Below, in pieces: positions 1 through 11,349 of a DNA stretch of 64,000 nucleotides. The DNA lies in NCBI RefSeq assembly GCF_963921235.1, contig NC_086108.1, positions 4,836,001 through 4,900,000 on the forward strand. Reading direction: 5' to 3'. The stretch comes from Mobula hypostoma. Lineage: Eukaryota. The notes under the pieces were generated by a model. It did no database searches and was not told the DNA's origin. It saw only the letters and a list, made by a program, of their open reading frames with translations. A program made the position numbers and the translations under genes. Numbering within the stretch: the first letter of the stretch is position 1; every line of letters begins with the position of its first letter.

Positions 1-125
1 TGAATGTTCTTGGCAAATTTTTCCACAAAAGTGGTTTGCATTGCCTTCTTCTGGGCAGTGTCTTTACAAGATGGGAAGGAGTGCCTTACACCTCTTTTGT
101 TAGAGACATATCTACACCCCGCCAC
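1..125 (-). mobile_element. Internally deleted copy of a ~380-bp SINE-like repeat with RTE/Bov-B-like 3' motif
   Basis: Matches both ends of the copies at 7771-8143, 19545-19925 and 55462-55857, with the middle missing. Confidence 0.7.
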
Positions 126-127
126 CT

Positions 128-335
128 AAACTGTGTATATACGCGCGCACGTCTGTGTGTATATATATAATTTAATTAAATTAAAAAGTAGTTCGAAAAG
201 ACAATTAAAAAAAAGTGAGGTAGTGTACATGGGTTCATTGTCTTCAGAAATCTGATGGTGCAGGGGAAGAAGCTGTTTCTGAAATGCGGAGTGTGTGTCT
301 TCAGGCTCCTGTAGCAATGAGATGAGGACATGTCC
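128..335 (-). mobile_element. Rex1/Babar-like LINE 3' fragment
   Basis: Minus frame YRSLKTHTPHFRNSFFPCTIRFL, the same C-terminus as 9520-10059. Confidence 0.8.
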
Positions 336-465
336 TTTACAGACAAACGCAATGTCAATGGAAAATAATGGTGACTTATCACAGAAAATGAAAGATGAAT
401 GCTGTTTATTACTGGCAACAAGTGAACTGCCATAGTGACAAACATATAAAGTTATGGGGGAGATA

Positions 466-1320
466 CATATTAACAGCAAAACCAAGGAACTGATTATAGA
501 CTTCAGGAGGAGGAAACCAGAAGTCCATGAGCCAGTCCTCATCCGAGGATCAGAGGTGGAGAGGGTCAGTAAGTTTAAGTTCTTGGGTGTTACTATTTCA
601 GAGGACTTGATCTGGACACAGCAGGTCAATGCAATTGCAACAAAAGCATGGCCATGCCTCTACTTCCTGAGGAGTCTGCAGAGATTTTCATGACATCATA
701 AACTTTGACAAACTTCTTGGATGTGTAGTGGAGAGTGTATTGACTGGCTACATCACGGCCTGGTATGGGAACACCAATGCCTTTGACTGAAAAATCTTAC
801 AAAAGACACTGGATGTGGCTCAGCATTTCCTGGGTAAAGTCCTCTCAACCACTGGACACACCAACATTAAACACTAATGCGGGACAGCGGCTTCCATCAC
901 CAGAGATCCCCACCACCCAGGATATGCTCTCTTCTCGCTGCTACCATCAGGTAGAAGGTACAAGAGCCTCAGGACTCACACCACCAGGCTCAGGAACAGT
1001 TACTACCCATCAACCACTGGGCTCTTGAACAAAAGGGGATAACTGCACTCACCTGCCCATCTAGTGAGATGATCCCACAACCAATGATCTCACTTTAAAG
1101 ATTCTTTATCTCATTATTTCATATTCTCATTACTTATTGCTATTTATTTATATTAGCATTTACACAGTTTGTTGACTTCTGCACTCTGGTTGATCTTTCA
1201 TTGATCCCGTTATAGTTACTATGCTATAGATTTACAGAGTATGCCCACAGGAAAAAGAATCTCAGGGTTGTACGTGGTGACATACATGAACTCTGATAAT
1301 AAAATTTACTTTGAACTTTA
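466..1320 (+). mobile_element. Rex1/Babar-like LINE, 5'-truncated (RT C-terminal part and 3' UTR)
   Basis: KTKELIIDFRR..VERVSKFKFLGVTISEDL.W, frameshifted; ends in AATAAA plus a (TTTGAAC)-type tail. Confidence 0.85.
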
Positions 1321-1849
1321 ATCTCTATTCAGAATATGATCCAGGCCTGGCTCAATCCCTCTGGTGTGTGGGAAGTCGGTTAAGATGGTAGTCTTATTTC
1401 TCTTTACCTCATTGTGTAAATAAAACTCCTGTTAAATGTGTCTTCAAAGCGGAGAGGACTCCAGCCCCCTATCAAAGAGTAGAATGCAACTGGCAGGAAA
1501 AAAAACACTGAAAACTGACCATAAACCGTGCACTCAACTCAGCTCTTGAACTTGATGCTTGTAATCCACACAGATGGATCCAATAGTTGAGAACACGGAA
1601 CGCAGAGTGCAAAATTTCATAGGATATTACAGAGAAAATAATGGAGAAATAAATGATTACGGCACTGTGGGAACATCAGCTCACATCACGAACCTGGGGC
1701 TGCTAGCTCCAATGGGTGGTAATAATACGCAGATTTTTTAATGGCAATTAAAATGAATCTCAAGACTGTTTGTACCTCTGGATTAAATTACAGTCAAAGT
1801 CAAAATTTATTACCAATGTTACCATATACTTGATCTTCATATACTTGAC

Positions 1850-2265
1850 TTTGGAGAGGGTTAGGAGGGGTTCACGAAAATGATTCCAGGATCGAAGGCT
1901 TGTCATATGAGGAGTGTTTGATGGCTCTGGGCCTGTACTCACTGGAATTCAGAAGATTGGGGGGTGGGGGGGGGGAATCTCATTGAAACCTATCGAATGT
2001 TCAAAGGCTTTGATAGAGTGGATATGGAGAGGATGTTTTCTATGGTGGGGTAGTCTATGACCAGAGGGCACAGCCTCAGAACAGAGTGGCATCCTTTTAG
2101 AATGGCAGTGAGGAAGAATTTTTTTTAGCCACAGTGGATGCCAAATCATTAAGTATATTTAATGCAGAGGTTGACAGATTCCTGCTTATTCAGGGCATGA
2201 AAGGATACAGGGACATGGTGGTAGATTGGGGCTGAGAGGGAAAATGGATCGGCCATGATGAAATT
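1850..2265 (+). mobile_element. CR1 LINE 3' fragment
   Basis: CR1 ORF2 C-terminal sequence (ALGLYSLEF.R.RG.LIETY) and CR1-type 3' UTR. Confidence 0.85.
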
Positions 2266-2299
2266 CATGAGAAAGGGGTGAGCTAGTTAGGGGGCACCA

Positions 2300-2660
2300 A
2301 TCCATCGTGGGTAAAGCCCTCTGCACCACTGGGCACATCTACATGAAATGCTGTCGCAGGAAAGCCGTATCCATCATCAAGGACCCCACTATCCAAGACA
2401 TGCTCTCTCCTCGTTACTGCCATCAGGAAGAAGATACAGGAGCCTCAGGATCTACACCACCAGGTTCAGGAACAGTAACTACCCCTTAACCATCAGGCTC
2501 TTGAACCAAAGAGGATAATTTCCCTCACTACAACTCTGAATTGATCCCACAACCTATAGACTCATTTTCAAGGACTCCTTAAATCATATTCTCAGTATTA
2601 TTTATTTCTTATTCATTGTTATTATTATTAATTTAATGTGCTTTTTGTATTTACACTGTA
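2300..2660 (+). mobile_element. Rex1/Babar-like LINE 3' fragment
   Basis: RKAVSIIKDP.. and accaggttcaggaacag motif shared with other copies. Confidence 0.75.
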
Positions 2661-2669
2661 GGAGCAATA

Positions 2670-3060
2670 AAATCATAAGATAAAGGAGCAGAATTAAGCC
2701 ATTTAGCCCCTCAAGTCTGCTCTGCCATTTCACCATGGCTGATCTATTTTCGTTCTCTGGTCTTCAAATACTTCACCATAGGAAGCATCCTCTCCACATC
2801 CACTCTATCGAGACCATTCAACATTTGATAGGTTTCAATGTGGTTACACCTCATTCTTCTGAATTCCAGTGAGTAGAGGCCCAGAGCCATCAAACACTCC
2901 ACATATGAGAAGCCTTTCAATCTCTGAATCATTTTTGTGAACTTCTTTTGAAGTCTTCAACGTCAGCACATCCTTTCTTGGATAAGGGGCCCAAAACTGC
3001 TCACAAAACTCCAAGTGAGGCCTCACCAGTGCTATATAAAGCCTCAACATGACATCCTTT
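2670..3060 (-). mobile_element. CR1 LINE 3' fragment, internally deleted
   Basis: MLRLYIALVRPHLEFCEQFWAPY and LGLYSLEFRRMR..IETY. Confidence 0.85.
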
Positions 3061-3859
3061 ACATTGAGCCATGTATCTATTTTGTGCCTATCTGTACTGT
3101 ATTTTGTGTTGCGTGTTTATTATGGGTAATTTGTCACGTGGGTTAGGGCGTGGTAGAAACAAATGAGTGTGTGTGTATGTGTATGTATATATACACCTAC
3201 ACACACAAATTCACACTTTGTCTTTAGTTTAGTCTAGTTGAGAGGGGGTGAACTGCAGGGTGATACTTTTCATTGACAGCTAATTATACTTATCTCGTTA
3301 TTTCACTTAGTTACACTTATTTCATGTAATGTCATTTATTTATGATCTCCATTATATTGCTAATTTAGTGTTGTTAGGTTTCTCTTGCTACAAGATCGTT
3401 CATCTTTGCTGGATTTGTAATAAAGGATTGGACGTACATTTTTTTAACTTGGAACTCAGTTATTTGGACAGTGCCGAGTCCCTTCTTCGGACCGAAACAT
3501 TAACTATCTATTCATTTCCATAGACACTGCCTGACCTGCTGAGTTCCTCCAGCATTTTGTGTGCATTGCTCTGGATTTCCAGCATCTGCAGATTTTCTCG
3601 TGTTTGTGATAGCCTCACTCAGTCCCTTAGAGGTTTTGGTTTATTTCCAAATGCACATTGGTTGTTTGTCCATCTTGGCTATATGTAGTTCTTCATCAAT
3701 CCTGTTGTGCTCTGGATGCCCACCAAGAAGATGAATCTCAGTGTAGTACATGGTGACATCATGTACCTTGATAATAAATTTACTTTGAACTTTATAACTA
3801 TTTTGCTTCATGTGCAATGATTCATGTTTTGGATTCCTAACAATGAGAATTTAAGTAAA

Positions 3860-4428
3860 TGAGAGATTCTGCAGATGCTGCAAATCCAAAGCAACCCACA
3901 AAATACTGGAGGAACTCAGCACGTCAGGCAGTACCTATGGAAAGAAATATACATAGTTGACGTTTCAGGCCGAGGCTTCTTCGTAGATGCTACCATTAAA
4001 AGGTGGAGAGGAGAAGCAGAATAGCCAGAAGGTGATGGGTGAAACCAGATGGTGGGAAAGGTAAAGGGTTGGAGAGGAAGGAATCTGATAGGAGAGGAGA
4101 GTGGACCAGAGGAGAAAGGGAACGAGGAGGGAATCCGGGGGAGTTGATTGGCAGATGAGAAGGGGTAAGAGGACAGAGTGGGGAATAAATAACGAGGGGA
4201 GGGGGAGGATTTTTTTTACTAGAAGGAGAAATCGATATTCATGCCATCAGGTTGGAAGTTATCCAGACGGAATATGAGGTGTTGCTTCTCAATCCTGAGA
4301 GTGGCCTCATTGTGGCACAAGAGGAGGCCATAGACCGACATATCAGAATGGGTATTAAAATGTTTGGCCACCGGCAAGCTGGACTTGTGGCAGATGGAGC
4401 AGAGGTGCTTGATGAAGCAGTCCCCCAA
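3860..4428 (-). mobile_element. Penelope-like (Neptune-type) 3' end: GIY-YIG C-terminus and pLTR
   Basis: LGDCFIKHL..LPVAKHFN..EKQHLIFRL..QPDGMN, followed by a pyrimidine-rich pLTR with a decayed hammerhead. Confidence 0.85.
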
Positions 4429-4989
4429 TTTAAAATTAAACGTGGTTTCAAAGCACAAGTCACCTAGTTTCATAAGGATTACCTTCTCCAATTTATAATC
4501 TGTGTTTGCACATCGAACGTACAAAATGGAAAATAGCATACAAATATTTTTGCAGCCTCACAGCATCAGAGACCAGGGTTGAAAACACACCTCTGCTGCT
4601 CTCTGTGTTGCATGTTCTTCCTGTCACCACAATGGGTTATGTCTGTGTGCTCTGGTTTCCAATGTATATATTAACCCATGAATAAATATGATTGGAGGTT
4701 GTTATTTGAGCTCTGAGAAAGTGTCATTAGTTCCTGAGTGGCTAAGACAGGCTCCTTTCCTCAGCAACAGGATCACAGATGGATGAGAATAAATGTCTCT
4801 CAGGATTTGCAAAGTGAATGTAATGGATAAAGTCCATTGCTGTGAAACCCAAAAGGAACGCAGCTCTTTGAATATTTTGTTTCAGTATTGATCAATTTGA
4901 TGTGCTTTTTTTGGGTATTATTATCATTTCCAGCAGACTTGCCTACCACATTGTCAAAAGGGGAAAAGCAAGATAACCGATAAGGCTCG

Positions 4990-5405
4990 AGAGAATCTGC
5001 AGATGCTGGAAATCCAGAGCAACACACAGAATGCGGGAGGAACTCAGCAGGCCAGGCAGCATCCATGGAAATGAGTAAACAGTTGATGTTTTGTGAGACC
5101 CTTCATCCAGACTGGAAAAAAGAGATGAGAAGTCAGAGTAAGAAGGTGGAGGGAGTGGAGGAAGAAGTTCAAGGTGAGAGGTGATAGGTGAAACCAGGAG
5201 AGGGGAGGGGAGGGGTGAAGTAAAGAACTGGGAAGTTGATTGATAGAAGTGATAAAGGGTTGGAGAAAGGGGAATCTGATAGGAAAAGACAGAAGGCCAC
5301 GGAAGAAAGGGAAGGGGGAGGAATACCAGTGGGAGGTGATGAGCAGGTAAGGAGATAAGGTGAGAGAAGGAAATGGGAATGGGGAATGGTGAGGGGAAGG
5401 GGGCA
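4990..5405 (-). mobile_element. Penelope-like pLTR
   Basis: Same pLTR as 28027-28375. Confidence 0.8.
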
Positions 5406-5529
5406 ATTAAGGCCTTGATATGCTTGTTTTAATAAAACGTTAGTGAGACTCAGTCACAATTATAACTTTCAGATAAATATTTTAAAAAAATATAATTAAT
5501 TTAAAAATAATAACCATCTTTTTAACATT

Positions 5530-5760
5530 GCACTGCTGCCTGTAAGGAGTGTGTACGTTCTCCCCATGACCATGTGGGTTTCTTCTGGGTGCTCTAGTTT
5601 CCTTTCACATTCTAAAGTCGTACCGTTTGGTTTGTTAATTGGTCATTGTAAATTGTCTCGTGATTAGGCTCGGGTTAAATCGGGGGACCGTTGGGCTGAG
5701 CGGCTCGAAGAGCCGAAAGGGCTGATTCCACATTGTATCACAATCGGTCAATAAATCAAT
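5530..5760 (+). mobile_element. V-SINE (HE1-like), 5'-truncated
   Basis: V-domain gtacgttctccccatgaccatgtgggtttc..ggtcattgtaaattgtc. Confidence 0.8.
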
Positions 5761-5974
5761 ATTAAATAGCCCAGTTTCCACCATGTTGTTTTAATAATTT
5801 CTTAACAAAAACAAAATACACTTCTATGAGGTGGGATACCTTTAAATAGTTCCCTCATTTGAACACCACAGTCACTTCAGTCTTGCTCTTGTGGAAAATT
5901 TGTTCAAAAGAAATAAAAAGACTCCTAACAGCACAATGCAAGGTTTAAGGTTTAACGGGAAGTTAAAACTGCTA

Positions 5975-7088
5975 AACACATCACTGGCACCAGCTTACCC
6001 ATCATCAAGAACATATATACAGGAAGGTGGCAGAAAAAGGCCAGCCACATCATGAAGGATCCCAGGATTCCCAGTCCTGATGAAGGGTATCAGCCCAAAA
6101 CATCAACTGTACTCTTTTCCATCAATGCTGCCTGGCCTGCTAAGTTCCTCCAGCATTTTGTGCGTGTGGCAAGGATCTCACCCACCCCGCTCATGGACTG
6201 TTTGTCCCACACTCATCAGAGGGGACACTCCGTAGTATCCATGCCAGGACCACCAGACTCAAAAACATGTTACTTTCCCCAATCCATCAGACTGATTAAC
6301 ACCTCTACCCACCAACCCACCCTCCACACCCCCAACCAGCACTACTTTATCATTTCCTGTCAGAGTCACCTCATGTACAGACACTCCTGAGCCCAGTGTG
6401 ACCTCATGGATAGACAATCTTGACATTGGCAGCACAGCAGCGGAAACTGCGAGCAGTTTAAAACTCCTGGGATGCACATCTTGCACAAACTCTCATGGTC
6501 CCAGAACACTATACACAATCAGGAAAGCTCGCCAACGTCCCTACTTTCTGAGGAGGCTGTAGAGAGCATTCAAACAAGCTACATCACTGTATTGTATGGA
6601 AATTGCACTGCAACAGACAGGAATGATCTTCAACAGGTTATCAAAGCTGTCCAATGCATCGCTGACACCAGCCCACCCACCGTCAAGGACATACAATCGG
6701 GAAGGTGCTGGAAAAGGACCAGTGACCCACCCTGCTCATGGGCTGTTTGTCCCACTCCCATCAGCATCCACACCAGGACCACGAGATTCACAAACAGTGA
6801 CTTTCCCCGAGCAGCAAGGCTGATCAACGCCTCCACCCACTAACCCACCCCTCCACACCCATTCACATCAGCCACTCCTCCCCACAGTCCCTCAGCACCC
6901 TTCATCCACCCCCCACCCACTGCCCATGCACTGCCACTTTCCTTGTATACAGTGTTTTAAGAGGATTGCTTTTATATTTATTGTGTTTTTATGGTTATGT
7001 TTTTCTTTGCTGCATCGGATCCAGAGTAACAATCATTTCATTCTCCTTTACCCTTGTGCACTGAAGAATGGCAATAGACAACCTTGAA
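5975..7088 (+). mobile_element. Two tandem Rex1/Babar-like 3' fragments
   Basis: VESIQTSYITVLYGNCT; the 3' end (..INTSTH / ..INASTH) occurs twice. Confidence 0.75.
6065..6170 (+). mobile_element. Minimal Penelope pLTR insertion (hammerhead plus tail) with 10-bp TSD
   Basis: Flanked by AAGGATCCCA (6055-6064) and AAGGATCTCA (6171-6180); starts ccagtcCTGATGAagggtatcagcccAAAAcatc. Confidence 0.8.
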
Positions 7089-7339
7089 GTGGCACGATAC
7101 TGCAACAACATCTCGTCCTGTATCTAGATCTGTCACATTCAAATTAATTCCTGCTGATTAATACTTCAGGTAACTTGTCCTAGGCACAGCACAGAGACAC
7201 CAGTGCCTTTAGAAGCTTAAGGGGAGTTGACACGTCACTAAACAAAAACTTCAACAGATGGTTTGAAGGTATCCTGACGGGTTGCATCATGGTATGGTAT
7301 GGCAATTCCAATGCGCTTCTCTCTCTCACTCACACTCAC

Positions 7340-7625
7340 ACTATTTATTTATTGAGATACAGAGTGGAATAGCCCCTTCTGGCCTTTTCAGTCACATCAC
7401 CTAACAACCTTCATTCACATCCCCCCCCCCACCCCCGATTTAACCCTAGTCTAATCATGGGACAATTTATAATGACAAATTAACCTACCAACTTGCATGT
7501 CTTTGGACTGTGAGAGGAAACAGGAGCACCCAGAGGAAACCCACGCAATCACGGGGAGAATGTACAAATTCCTTACAGGCAGTGGCGGGAATTGAACCTG
7601 GGTCGCTTGTACTGTGAAGTATGGC
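7340..7625 (-). mobile_element. V-SINE (HE1-like)
   Basis: B-box GGTTCAATTCC and V-domain on the minus strand. Confidence 0.85.
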
Positions 7626-7770
7626 GCATGGTGCAGCCCTACGGTAGCATAGTGGTTAATACAGCAGAATGCCTCAATTGTGTACATTTCTCACAATCAC
7701 CTTGCAATCCCCCTTAGTGATTCAACTTCAGATTATAAAATAATCATCTTTGGAAGTGGTTCACAGTTTC

Positions 7771-8143
7771 ATTATGCGCTGTGTCGTGTGACGTAGGCAA
7801 TCACAGTTTTTCCATGACCATGATTGTTCTTGGCAAATTTTTTCTACAGATGTGGTTTGCCATTGCCTTTTTCTAGGCGGTGTCTTTAGAAGATGGGTGA
7901 CCGCAGCCATTATCAATACTCTTCAGAGATTGTCTGCCTGGTGTCGGTGGTCACATAACCAGGATGTGATATGCACCGGCTGCTCATACGACCATCCACC
8001 ACCTGATCCCATGGCTTCACGTGACCCTAACTGGGGGGGCTAAGCAGGTACTGCACTCTGCCCAAGGATGACGTGCTGGCTAGCGGAGGGAAGGTGCACT
8101 TTACACTTCCTTTGATAGAGACGTATCTCTACCCCGCCACCCA
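7771..8143 (-). mobile_element. ~380-bp SINE-like repeat with RTE/Bov-B-like 3' motif (GGCAATGGCAAACCAC)
   Basis: Five copies in the window; no tRNA A/B boxes seen; hairpin-rich head. Confidence 0.75.
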
Positions 8144-8482
8144 GTCGAAAGAGGCACAGTTTAATAATAACCCAACCAACAAAAGTCACTGTGTCAAAAT
8201 CTGAAACAGCAAGGTCACATCCCTTTTTTCAGCTGTAATGCACACTGAGCATGTCTTACCCTCACTGGTCTTTCCCACTCTTCTAACAAACAGCTCAATC
8301 AGAAGAATTTTCACTGTTAAATATCAATTCAGCTAGATTCAACACAAAGGAAAGAAAAAACCTGCAACTGACCCAGAGGGACATACATTTTCCCAGTGAC
8401 TGACACTAGTCAGCAGATTTGCACTTAATTAGCCAATCAACTCATGACACCAATGGGCAAAAACTCAAGTCAACCCTACTGC

Positions 8483-8730
8483 ATCATCATTATGCGCCGT
8501 GTCGTGTGACCTGGGCAATCATGGTCTTTCCATGACCATGATTGTTCTTGGCAAATTTTTCTACAGGTGTGGTTTTCCATTGCCATCTGGCAGAGTCTAT
8601 ACAAGACAGGTGCCCCCAGCCATTATCGATACCCTTCAGAGATTGCCGGCCTGGCATCGGTGGTTGCATAACCAGGACTTGTGATATGCACCAGATGCTC
8701 ATACGACCATCCACCACCTGCTCCCTTGGA
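8483..8730 (-). mobile_element. 5'-truncated copy of the same ~380-bp repeat
   Basis: Aligns by eye to 7771-8015. Confidence 0.75.
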
Positions 8731-9284
8731 TTCAGCACTCATCAAAGGGATAATTTACTTATTGAAGCCTTAAAGCCCCAATAACTCAGAGGATTTTCAC
8801 TTAAATACCCAGTCAACTAGTGACAGCAGTAGGCAAACTCAAGGTATCATAGCCGTCAGAAATAACAAAGTGAACGGCAAGGAACAAGACCAATCACTAA
8901 GATGACTTGTGTACGAGAAACTTCAATCATGTGCAGTTCCTACACCACAACCATCAGGCTCTTGAACAAAAGGGATACTGTAACTAAACTCATTTGCCCA
9001 CTGAGATGTTCCCCTAACCCTAATGAACTCACTTTACAGACTCTTTATCTCATTATCTCATGTTCTCATTATTTATTGCTATTTATTTATATTTGCATTT
9101 GCACAGTCTGTTGTCTTCTGCACTCCAGTTGATCTTTCATTGAGCCTGTTGTAGTTACGGTTCTATAGACTTGCTGAGTGTGCCCGCAGGACAATGAATC
9201 TCAGGGTTGTGTTTGTACTTTGATAATAAATTTACTTTGAACTCCACCCGACTGCCTCAAGCACTGAGAGTCTGCTCCAGTGGA

Positions 9285-10665
9285 TTCAGAACCAGGTTTA
9301 CTATCACCGGCATGTGACGTGAAATTTGTTAACTCAGCAGCAGCCCGTCAATGCAATACATATTCTGGCGCAGAGAGAAAAAAAAATTAAATGAAACATA
9401 ATAAACAAGTAAATCAATTACGTATACTGAATAGATTATTTAAAAATGTGCAAAAACAGAAATACTGTATATTAAAAAAAAGTGAGGTAGTGTTCAGAGC
9501 TTCAAAGTCCACTTAGGAATCAGATGGCAGAGGGGAAGAAGCTGTTCCTGAATCGCTGAGTGTGTGCCTTCAGGCTTCTGTATCTCCTCCCTGATGGTAA
9601 CAGTGAGAAAAGGGCATGTCCTGGGTGCTGGAGATCTTTAATAACGGACGCTGCCTTTCTGAGACACCGCTCCCTAAAGATGTCCTGGGTACTTTGTAGG
9701 CTAGTACCCAAGATGGAGCCGACTAGATTTACAACCTTCTGCAGCTTCTTTCGGTCCTGTGCAGTAGCCCCTCCATACCAGACAGTGATGCAGCCTGTCA
9801 GAATGCTCTCCATGGTACGACTATAGAAGTTTCTGAGCGTATTTGACATGCCAAATTTCTTCAAATTCCTAATAAAGTATAGCCGCTGTCTTGCCTTCTT
9901 TATGACTACATCAATATGTTGAGACCAGGTTAGATCCTCAGAGATCTTGACACCCAGGAACTTGAAGCTGCTCACTCTCTCCACTTCCAATCCCTCTATG
10001 AGGACTGGTATATGTTCCTTCATCTTACCCTTCCTGAAGTCCACAATCAGTTCTTTCATTTTACTGACGTTGAGTGCCAGGTTGTTGCTGCGACACCATT
10101 ACACTAGCTGGCATATCTCACTCCTGTACACCCTCTCGTCACCACCTGAGATTCTACCAACTTCAGTTGTATTGTCAGCAAATTTGTAGATAGTGTTTGA
10201 GCTATGCCTAGCCACACAGTCATGTGTAGACAGAGAGCAGAGCAGTGGGCTAAGCACACACCCCTGAGGTGCGCCAGTGTTGATTGTCAGCGAAGAGGAT
10301 ATGTTATCACCAATCCACACAGACTGTGGTCTTCCGGTTAGGAAGTCGAGGATCCAATTATAGAGGAAGGAACAGAGGCCCAGGTTCTGCAATTTCTCAA
10401 TCAGGACTGTGGGAATGATGGTATTAAACGCTGAGCTATAGTCGATGAACAGCATCCTGACATTATTGTTTGTGCTGTCCAGGTGGTCTAAAGCTGTGTG
10501 AAGAGCTATTGAGATTGCCTCTGTCGTTGACCTATTGTGATGATAGGCAAATTGCAATGGGTCCAGGTCCTTGCTGAGGCAGGAGTTCAGTCTAGTCATA
10601 ACCAACCTCTCAAAGCATTTCGTCACTGTCGATGTGAGTGCTACCAGGCGATAGTCGTTAAGACA
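9285..10665 (-). mobile_element. Rex1/Babar-like LINE, RT region (pseudogenised)
   Basis: ORFs 10099-10626 ([37 protein letters not shown]) and 9520-10059 share a frame and are separated by one stop; (CTGATT)-like tail. Confidence 0.92.
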
Positions 10666-11049
10666 GCCCCCCAGGCGTGGTTCAGGGTGTTCATTTCTGC
10701 CTCCTTCGGTACGGCATCAGGTTGTCTTTGGTGTCCCGCCTCAAATGCGACCAATGACTATTTGTGCTGGAAAGCTTCGACGAATGGCAAGAGTTCCAAA
10801 TGAAGGGTCTCCACTTGAAGCGTCAATTAATTGCCTCTACAGATGCAGCCTGACCTATTGAGTTGATCCAGTGGCTTGTTTTTTGTTCTGCTTTTGTAAG
10901 TTCATCCCCCGTTGACTAAAACCTTTGGTACAAAGATTAACAACTCAATTTGTAGGAAGAACATATTGAAGAGGTGTCAGTTCCATCTACCTAATTTTTT
11001 TTTCTATCTTACGACTAATAGCCAAATTCATCAATTATAATCTGTAATT

Positions 11050-11320
11050 ACGGTAGCATAGCAACTAGCACAACACCTTACAGTACCAACAACCCAGGTT
11101 CAATTCCCACTGCTGCCTGTAAGGAGTTTGTACATTCTCCCCATGACTACGTGGGTTTCATCCGGGTGCTCCAGTTTCCAACCACAGTCTAAAGACATAC
11201 CGGTCAGTAGGTTAATTAGTCATTGTAAATTGTCCCGTGATTAGGCTAGGGTTAAATTGGGGGATTGCTGGGCAGTGCACTTAAAGGGCCCATTCAATAA
11301 ATAAATAAATAAACAAATAT
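11050..11320 (+). mobile_element. V-SINE (HE1-like), near full length
   Basis: tRNA-like head with GGTTCAATTCCC, V-domain and (AAAT)n tail. Confidence 0.85.
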
Positions 11321-11349
11321 GAGACAGCCCTAGGAAGTTTACAGAAACT

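Noticed and set aside
8260..8313. Rab-like P-loop (KILLI..VGKTS)
   Set aside because: Lacks the first Gly and the spacing of GxxxxGKT; no other GTPase motifs found
11050..11110. tRNA genes at SINE heads (also 21065, 52830, 63420)
   Set aside because: Degenerate A/B boxes run directly into V-SINE bodies; no complete cloverleaf
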